A stretch of 63,971 bases of DNA, filler included, from Blastocystis sp. subtype 4 (lineage: Eukaryota), in assembly GCF_000743755.1 (NCBI RefSeq). It is 3 parts of 3 records of this genome, joined end to end, with 100 filler letters (N's around TTAATTAATTAA, not from the genome) between each part and the next. Parts side by side here need not be neighbours in the genome. Positions count along the whole stretch, not along the records: positions 52,984 to 63,971 come from NW_014569232.1; 2 more parts are not named here. One strand, given 5' to 3'. A program made the translations under genes and the position numbers. Of this stretch, positions 55,105-63,971 are shown piece after piece. Below the pieces are notes generated by a model that was given only the letters and a program-made list of their open reading frames with translations, was not told where the DNA came from and ran no database searches. How positions within the stretch are numbered: position 1 is the first letter of the stretch; each line of letters starts with the position of its first letter.

Positions 55105-56881
55105 ATGAGCTCTGAGTTCCTGAATAGTAATCACTCAGCATGGAGTAGCTTTGCTTCATCGAGTAGAGGCAGTGAAGTCAATGATGAAGACTATCCAGTA
55201 TATTTCGGAATCTTGAAGTCTGACCATGTAGTTATTGTTTCAACTGCTTAATTTTCTTCTTGATCACTATACCACCAAGAAAGAGGACAGTTCCATTGAT
55301 GTATTGGCTTCAGGAAAAGTATGGGTTGTTTGATGTTTTATTATGGATAGTTATTGTGCGAAATCATCATGGATTTCTTTACTGACATCGAACTGAGTAG
55401 TTATCACTCTGATGCCAGTATACTATTTCATGGTGAAGTGATGGTGTAGAGCCAAATTCGACTCAGGCTGAAGACAACCTTGCAACCTTTGCGAATGCTT
55501 GTGAGAAAATCGGTATTCCCCGTTCTTGTATTGCCACAAGCAAGGATTTCAGTACACGCAATGTAGTCAATGGAGGATCAAATTGATGTTTAGTTGGCAA
55601 AGATTGAACTGATGTTAGTTATGTTTGTCATTCGTGGAATGGCCTGCTCTCCATCGTTCCCAAAGATGAAGGATGAGAACATTATGAACAGTTTGAAGGG
55701 TATCTTTTGAGACTGAGATTCATCTCTAGAGTACAAGTTGCAGAAGTACCCTGAATTGTCTCGTGATCGTGAGGTATGCAACAAGATCCTCGAGGTTCTG
55801 CGTGACTATAATAATGACAAGTCTATCCCACTTCGCGAGACGATTTCGGGTGGATCGAGCAGTAGTGACGAAGAGCCTCAAAAGGAAACTGTTACAGTGG
55901 AGACAACTCAGCTAGTGGAGGCTGCACAAGAGGAAAAACAGGCGAATGATATGTCTGTAGTGTTGAAGAAATCGGAGATGATTTCGGATTCAGAGGAAGA
56001 GACAGAGAACAAAGAGCCAACCGAAGAAGTGAAGCCAGCAATTCCAGTGACTGACTCAATACTTCGTGCAAGTCCATTAGAGTTCTCAGAATCAGCATCG
56101 GATGATGAAGTGGATGAAGTGTGTGAGGTGAATGAGGTGAATGAAGATAATGAAGTGGATGAAGTGGTTCCTCTAGATACTGAGGCCATGAAGGTGAAAG
56201 AGGATGATGAAGTGGATGAGGTCAATGCTGGCGATGAGATCGATGAGGTCAATGAGGTCAATGAAGTGAACCCAGAAGAAGTGAATAAGGATATGGAGGT
56301 CGTAGCGAACCAGGGAGATGAAGAGAAGAAGGAGATTCTGCCTGCCCCGACGAATCATAGTGATAATGAGGCAGACAGAAACGTAGAGGAAAGAGAGAAT
56401 CTACCTAGGCCAGATGAGGAAGATGCAGATAGTGAGGCAACCAATGAAGAGAATCTGCCTGAGCTAGATCAACATCCGAGTCGTTCAAGCTCAATGTCTT
56501 CATTGCAGGGTCCTGTAGAAGATAACTTACCTCCGGACGAAGATATCATCACACACAGCAATGACCCTGCTGGCTGTGATTTGAACCTGGTAGAAACCGC
56601 TGAGGAGATTGAAGAGAGAAAGAGAAAGAAACGTGAAGCAAAACGTAAGGCGAAAATGGAAGCGCTTCCGGCTCAGCCTTCGATGGAGCCTCGTGAGGTC
56701 ACAGTTCAGCCGATGGCAGATACTTTGAAGCTTCAAACTCCGATGAGTAGGTAATGAAAGAGGTGATGATGTAATAGAACGTGAGGTGAAGTGGTATATT
56801 GTAACGTTGATTGTATTGTTGATGGTTCTTTGCCTAGCAGGTATTATCACTTGTGGAGTTTGGCTTGCCAAGTTGCATTGA
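55105..56881 (+). CDS. Calponin-homology domain protein with acidic stalk and C-terminal tail anchor
   Basis: DVLASGK.LCEII and AEDNLATFANACEKIGIP (CH); Glu/Asp-rich EVDEV/EVNEV repeats; after intron 56747-56777 KREVKWYIVTLIVLLMVLCLAGIITCGVWLAKLH*. Confidence 0.75.
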
Positions 56882-56919
56882 TCTAGTTCATTTGTATATG
56901 TGTGATAATGTGTTTCCTA

Positions 56920-59385
56920 TCAAACAGAGAAATGGAGAGGACCATATTTATAACTATAGAATTGCGTGGTTCCACTGGAAATCTGGATAAATCCAGTTAC
57001 TTCAAGGTTTGCAAAGAAGAGACTCTGATCACTCATACGTCCAAACACTCCCTGTTCATTATGAATGATCTCAGAAAAGATGATGTAATGGTCTTTCGAA
57101 TAGGTACCCACACGCTCACTATTCAATGAGGGAGAACTGAAAATATCATGATTCTGTCCTAACATTTCCTTCCACAGAGTAAAACTGTTGTTCATAACAT
57201 AAGGACTGTGTTTGTTTCGTTGACACAAAACCCATTCTACTTATGACTTCATGAATCGATATTCACTTCCATCCAGACGCTGAGGATCAGATGAAAAGAT
57301 TACATTGTTCAGGACATGCAACCAGATCTCACCATCGAGATGAACAACCATATCTCCCATAAACACATGTTGAGGACGCAATAAGAATAATAGATACTTA
57401 TCACCTGGATTCTGATGGACCTCTACTTCTCACTTCCATATCTCAATCTAACCGGCATCTCGCAATACAATATACTTTGTTGGTCGTTGAGGAACGAGAC
57501 TTCGACTACTTCCTATCTTTCATTCAGATTCTCTCAACCTACTCACAACATTCACAGACACTTCTTTCCCTAGATCATTTGTCTCTAATGTTGGAATTGC
57601 TATTGTTGTTAAGGCAGATCCGGTGAACCAAGGATGCTGCAGAACTCCAGCAGCTGAAAGTCTGCGATCCTGATCTGTACATAGCATACAAGCTATGAGA
57701 TTCTTGCATGTATCAGAGAGTCGTTGGTAATGAACATTGGTACAGTTGTATACACCACGTGTGATTCGGATTTCCAAATCTGGTGACCTTTTGGATCCGA
57801 ATGCAAAACAGCCTGTTATTCTACACTTACAAAAAACCCCATGATTTCTACAAGCCATAGAACACTACTCCCAGAGACCAAACATCGGCTTTTCCTGTAT
57901 AAGCCTTGTCATCTACAATCTCTGGTGCCATATACTCGTCCGTTCCAACATGAGTATGGGCAAAACAACCAGGATCCACAAATCGAGATAGACCAAAATC
58001 AATGAGAACAATGTTGTTTAGATTATTATCAGCAGTGCGTAACATGATGTTATCAAGCTTAATATCACGATGCAATATCCCTATTTCATGACATCGCTTA
58101 ATCGCTTCGAGCAATTGCAACATAACAATACGAGCTTGTTCTTCAGACAATGGACCGTATTGTTGTACATACTCCAAAAGTGTTAATCCTTCCATTAGTT
58201 CCTAGAGTTGAGAGAATGATACAGGATCAACTTCAACAAGATAGTAAGTACTTGCATAGTAGTAAACGTGATAGAGATGAACAACTGATGGCAAATACAG
58301 AAGTGCTTTCATTGCCTGTATTTCTTGCTATGACTGAAATCGGTCTGATTTCTGTACTTTCAACGCCAATCGAACTTGTTCACATCCTTCATCCTTATAT
58401 TCTTTAATAGCCACTCTTTGTCCTGTAAGAAGATCCGTTGCTTTGTAAACAATGCCTTGGGTACCTAGATGACAGAAGAAACAAAACGATACTTTTTGGA
58501 AATGAGAAGTCGAGCGAGAAGCGTTTGCGTACATCGTAGTAAAGAATTCCCTCAGACTGAAGAGTATTAATCCCTGTCAAACGAGAACGAAGTTGAGTGA
58601 GAGCCTTAATGTCACTAGGAGTACAAAGAGAAGGTGACTGGGATTTGATATATGATACAAAGTTATCATAGCTTGGAATGAAGTAACGAGAGAGGATTTA
58701 CTAAGGTAGGAGGGGTAGAAGAATAGACGAAGATGATTCCGTGAAGTAGTCGCTGAGATTGTGAACAACGTTTGTGAACTGCTCCTCTTTTGTATACATG
58801 AGAACAGGGACCAAAATATCAAAAAAACTATCTATTAACCCTGCTCTCTAGAATTCAAGAGAGACATACTCAGGTTACTCCAGTTTCTGTATTTTGGCAA
58901 AGGATTTCCACGAACTCATTCACAGCTATTGAGTACGCCGTTTTAGCCTCTTGGAAACGTTGAAAGAATAATTGCAACTGCTCCAACTGATTGAACAAGA
59001 CTTTGCAGAAAGATCTATCATCCTACGAATTACTGCATCCCTGTTTCACTACAAATGAAATAATACATATGGAAGTAGGATCAGGGACCACCTCCATGAT
59101 ATTCACGATTGGAACTTCCAAATCACGGAACGCTTCATTCAGGGGATGTAGGGTAAGGCCCTGCTGCGAAAGCACAAGCAGCATTGGAATGGAGCGATTT
59201 GTTTCTTCATCCTAGGTTCATAGATTTGTGGGATAATGTACAAAGACTCTAACGCTACAATCAAACAACGGATTCGAGGACAACATCGTATATGGCTGTT
59301 TCTGAGAGGACTGAAGATCAGGGCCTAACTGAATGAAATGGCCCCTAAAATGTAGCATATTCTCTATGGAAATTCCCCCATTCAT
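56920..59385 (-). CDS. CAMK-group Ser/Thr protein kinase with N- and C-terminal extensions
   Basis: VAIK, ILHRDIKLDNIM, LIDFGLS, GTDEYMAPE, KADVWSLGV, RRLSAAGVLQHPWF; 30-nt introns link to ORF 56920-57228; start approximate. Confidence 0.85.
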
Positions 59386-60492
59386 TATTAATTCCCTTCT
59401 TGCATTTCGTTATCTCCAGCTATTGTTATTTCATGTCAAATTATTAGATTTCTACGAAATGAAATAGGTGGTACAAATGCTGATAATCAAAAACATGAGA
59501 AAGAGATTATGTCTAGTCTTTTCAGATACCCATTGAATTTTGACTAGGAGTCAATAAAATGATATCATGTTAAACAGGAAAGACAAATAAAGGAGCATCT
59601 TTAACGGCAGTTCAATATGAACTGATCAACTACATAGATAATAGAATATAAATAGGCTAATCAATGGTCTCTTTGCATAGATAGTAGATGAAAGATCAAA
59701 AGTTATTTGTGCATCGGAGTTTACTCATCTTAACTAGTTACCAATGGCCGAGTTATCTATTCTAAAACTCGAATAAGGGAGATCCTTCACCACTTTCTCT
59801 CTTTACTGGGTATTCCAGATCTGTACACAGAAAACATAAAGCTGTAACGCTGACTGACTTTGAATAGATTTTTCATAGTCTTTAGCAAGATATGTTGTTT
59901 CAGTATTTTCTATCCATCTAACTGCTTGCTAGTATCTATCTCCACTTTGTTTGGTCATCTATGCACCAATATACTAGTCAATGGAGAAACTAGAGGAGAA
60001 TGCTTTGGCTACTTCCATAACAATGATCATGCGTTACACAGAAATCTAATATTCTGATCGCTACTAATGAAGGTTTGAAACAGTATGTATTTCTATATTC
60101 TCTGAGTGATAAACAACTCATAAGATCCATATCATTGGTTTGCGGTGTCCTTATCGGTTCTTTACCAAAGAGATTTGCTTGGAATTTGTGACTAATTTGA
60201 TTGGTTGGAATAGTATTCCAGTCTGGGTTTCTGAACGATGAAACAAGTGGCATTTGGCTACTAACCTATTGGAGTTTTTAGGTACAATAGAGTTTTTTTG
60301 CGATATCGAATAACATGGAGGAATAGCTTTGGGAAATCTTCAGTCATTGTTTGTCATGGAGTTATTGACCAAATGTATTTTTTCTTGTCGTCATAATGAC
60401 GGACTATTATTCTTTTAAATTAATCATTTTAAATAGAAAACAGAGAACAAAACACACTAACACAAGATCTATAACATGTGGAACTGAAAACA

Positions 60493-61031
60493 CTAGAGAA
60501 GCAATGCTTGCTGTACTTTTCTGAAGTGGATTTGCGATGAATCCACACAACTATTATAAAGTGGATGATATAGAACCTTAGCAAGAACAACACCGTTCTC
60601 TCTTGTTCCATTATTCAGGAACTCAGTCGTTTTGATCCAAGTAGAAATAGGTACAGGAAATAAGGGAGACGGATACGAAAGCGAAGAAGGATTTTTTCTC
60701 TCTTCAGTCGGATCTCTAGATGATGGGTATTGTGGTGACGTCTCAAGTAATGGTTTTTGGGCCGTTGTAATATTCGTTGATGGCATATCTGTCTTCAACG
60801 ATCGTCTCTTGATAATGGTTTTCTCTAGGACTAATTGACTTCATTCACTTCTATACGGTGAAATCTGATTTCTTGAACTCTTCTACATATACTGCAAGTT
60901 ACACATAAGGCGGTACCGCTTTTACTAATGAATAAATGAATGGGCCTTCTCTTGTGACATTGTTTGCACTTCTTTGAATTCCACGGTGAAAGATACATAG
61001 GATCAAAGGGCAACTCTTTCATGATTGCCAC
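60493..61031 (-). CDS. Small putative zinc-binding protein (CxxC...CxxC)
   Basis: KKCKQCHKRRPIHLF...LCVTCSICR in ORF 60831-61031, probably spliced to ORF 60493-60798. Confidence 0.4.
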
Positions 61032-61528
61032 TCACACCTCCAATCAGGATCTGAAAATGTTTAGGTGGTGTTCCTAATAACCTATTGATTGGATGCCCAC
61101 TGCCCAGTTATTTGTTTGTTCTTTTTTCACTACATTGAAATCAATAAACATATTGTTCCTGGACCAGGGATAATACTAATATAATAGCAAATATAGTTCT
61201 GATGGATAATCAAGTTGGATACAGTCATTGAATTGACCTATTATTCTGGTTATTATTGTCTTTATAGATGTCTTCATACACTTTTTGTTTGGTGAATAGA
61301 TTATACATCCATCTATGATACCGAATCCATATTCTTGTAAATCAGTGGATACTTGTTATAATTCCTCAACCAAGTGAAGTATGGATTCGATGATTGACCT
61401 ACTTTTCCCTTTCGGTTTTGATTAGACTCTCGTTTATTTCTAATAATAGTTGAATCCAATCACCTTATTTGAAATGAATTCCAAAAATTCGATATATTTC
61501 GATACCACGCTTTCGAGTCAAATATACC

Positions 61529-63631
61529 ATGTGGTCGAGAAAATCTTATACTGTTTGTGATAGTAACATGATTGAAACTTATTTAATGAGTAGAATCCAG
61601 TCTTGTCTTGCAGGGCGTGGAATTGTCATTTCATCGTGCTTTACATCTTCCCTATGTATCTGCCATCTCAAAAATGTATTAAAGTTGCTTAGGACCACTT
61701 ATATTTAGGACATTGACAACTGCTGCCGTGATTGAAGTCGGAGATATCCTCTTTTGTGTCAACGGTATTTCCAAATCCTGTTATTGATTGTAGATAAATA
61801 TATTTCTCCATCAGAAAAGGAGTCATTGGTACTAGACAATATTGTAGAATCTATCAAATCTGGTGAATCATGTACCCTTCGTCTAATTCACAGTGGTGAT
61901 GTGATGTGCTTTTGTGTGTTCTTTATTAATGAATAGGTATCCTTCCACCCCTTTTTATCAAATTGTATTAACCGATGAAAAAATCCGAATTACTCTCGGA
62001 AGAGATATTATTGGTGAGACGAACGTCATTCAGGCCGTAAACAAGTAGTCTCTTGTGTAACCAATGATGGATAGGGTAACTAAACAATATCTTGTTGGGA
62101 GTATCCTTTGTGGCATTAATGAATCCAATGCTATACATTCTCCTGTTGATTCCTTGAATGATCGTCTTAAGAAGGTAAGAGTCCTGAAGAATTGTGATCT
62201 GTAGCACAGTTTCCCTACAATTCTTCTCTTAGCATCTCCAATCCAGAAAGTGCTAATCAATTCGGAACTTGTTGAGAAACACATGGCTCCTTATGCAGTT
62301 GACTTGAGAGCAGGGAAAGAAGACATTTCTACGAACAAGTACAGAATTGACCCATTTGGTTCGTTGCTAAACATTGATGAATTGACGGCAGCATCATCGG
62401 AGCAGGGAAAGGAAGATGAGGATGGGGGTGATCGAGACGAATCATCTGAGTGGTATGTGGAGAAAATGGATGAAGGTATTGACCATTACATGTTTCCTCG
62501 TACGATGGGATATCTCGTGTTGGAAAAGCAGTATGAATTGTTCGTTTAAATTGTTGTCTTTACATGTAGACATCAGCAAAAGACTGTTGCTGAACGTAAT
62601 CAGCATTGGGATGAATTCGTGAAGAAGATTGGAGGAGTTGAACATCTTTCTTTTAATCTTACTCGACAAAGTGGAAATCGATGGAAGATGATTAATGTTA
62701 CTCAGAAAGACCGAAATCGAGACGAATTACGTCATCTGATTCATCAAGGTGTAAGTGAGTTTGGAAGATTTTATTTTAGATTCCTGATTATTTGCGAGGT
62801 GATGTATGGTATTATCTAAGTGGTGCAGCGGAAATGCGAGCTGAGAGTGCAACGACATATGCGGAACTATGTGCCTTAGAAGTTGATTCTGATGTAAAGC
62901 GTATGGTGGCTTTGGATCTCCCGCGTACATTTGCTAATAATCCATTGTTCACACAAACGGACAAAGAGGCTCCTTATGTGACTATGCTCCGTTCTATTCT
63001 CTATGCAACGAGTCAAACTCGTAGAGACATCAAGTATTGTCAGGGATTGAATTATATTGCTGCATTGCTTCTTCTTGTTCAGAATGATGAAGAGAGAGCA
63101 TTTTGGACATTGAATGCTATTATGGATCATTTATTTCCAAAAGACTATTTCAATGAACAATTAACAGGAGCTCGCGTTGACCAGATGGTGTTGGAGATGT
63201 TAGTAACCAAGCAGAATCCAGAGCTGAAGGAGAAACTACAGAGTGCTGGATTTCAACTTGTGGTCTTCACTCTTCCTTGGTTTATCTGTCTATTCATTAA
63301 TACTCTTCCATTCATTTCTGTTATGCGAGTCTGGGATGTTATTATGTTTGAAGGAGACAAGGCCTTAATTCGAATTGCTCTTGCTCTCATTTCCATAGGA
63401 GAAAAGGATCTTATGATATGCTCTGATTTTTCAGAGTTTTCGAATACATTTAAGTACATATGAAATGGATGGATCAGATGTAGGAGATTGGGTATGCTTC
63501 TGTTTGATGCAGATAATCTGCTGGACGTTGCTTATCAGCAGATCACGGCGAAAGGAGCCAAGGAGCGTGTTGTCTTCTTTAGAAGAAAGGAGTTAGAGAA
63601 GTGGAGAAACAGCTTCCGTCAACAACTTTAA
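61529..63631 (+). CDS. TBC-domain Rab GTPase-activating protein
   Basis: RGDVWYYLSGA, VALDLPRTF, YCQGLNYIAALLL, EERAFW, PWFICLF, RVWDVIMFEG; TAA 63629-63631; TGTTTGTT 63673-63680. Confidence 0.9.
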
Positions 63632-63865
63632 CATTTCACTACGATGTTTTTTCATTCTATTGTAGTTGAAAGTGTTTGTTTTAAAATGGACCCAATAGGT
63701 AGTAATGGAGATGGGATGAAATGGGGAATAATAAGGACCCCCTACCCAATTTCTGTCCATCCATTCCTTTATTCACAAAACCTTTGGTAGGGAGTTGATT
63801 TGTCTTTTTTTAATGTCTAGTGGTTAAATTTGATTTTTTGACTTTGATCAAACTATCTCCACGAA

Positions 63866-63971
63866 ATGAAGGCTCAGATGTCTGCTAGACAAAAGAAGGA
63901 GCTGTACTTCACCAAGCTCCACCAGATCCTCGAGGACTACACCAAGTTGTTCATCGTGGATATTAAGCACG
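63866..63971 (+). CDS. RPLP0: 5' end of 60S acidic ribosomal protein P0 (uL10), runs off the window
   Basis: (MKAQ)MSARQKKELYFTKLHQILEDYTKLFIVDIKH matches K..YF.K...LL..Y.K.FIV. Confidence 0.85.
   Translation, partial: MKAQMSARQKKELYFTKLHQILEDYTKLFIVDIKH

Noticed and set aside
56902..57216. Plus-strand ORF 56902-57129 with TGTTTGTT at 57209
   Set aside because: Overlaps the kinase's last exon, which is joined in frame by a clean 30-nt intron; probably an antisense coincidence, though not fully excluded

Overview
Gene-dense eukaryotic (protist) nuclear DNA of roughly 40% GC. It holds about 33 intron-containing protein genes or gene fragments, two tRNA genes and two artificial scaffold gaps. 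Three features point to Blastocystis, an anaerobic gut stramenopile: about 26-36 nt GT-AG micro-introns, intergenic spacers of tens of bp, and a TGTTTGTT element just downstream of most gene ends. This is an inference from genome style, not a database result. Recognisable genes: AP-3 sigma, an HMG-box protein, CDKAL1, a GT61 glycosyltransferase, 6PGD, TPI, UTP6, CDC48/p97, cyclophilin, Hsp20, an MtaD-like deaminase, CENP-X, a Ser/Thr kinase, a TBC protein, fragments of NOL10, RUVBL2 and RPLP0, tRNA-Gly(TCC) and tRNA-Ala(AGC). Highlights: (1) genes whose stop codon appears to be made by polyadenylation (Nup98-type domain gene, RUVBL2); (2) a recurring GC-rich palindromic motif ATTCCCGCGG(GAC) inside coding exons in different frames; (3) a giant mosaic surface protein of about 3,900 aa; (4) back-to-back bidirectional poly(A) elements between convergent genes; (5) a possible class II ribonucleotide reductase C-terminus. 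Gene models were spliced by eye, CDS coordinates span introns, and some starts are approximate.
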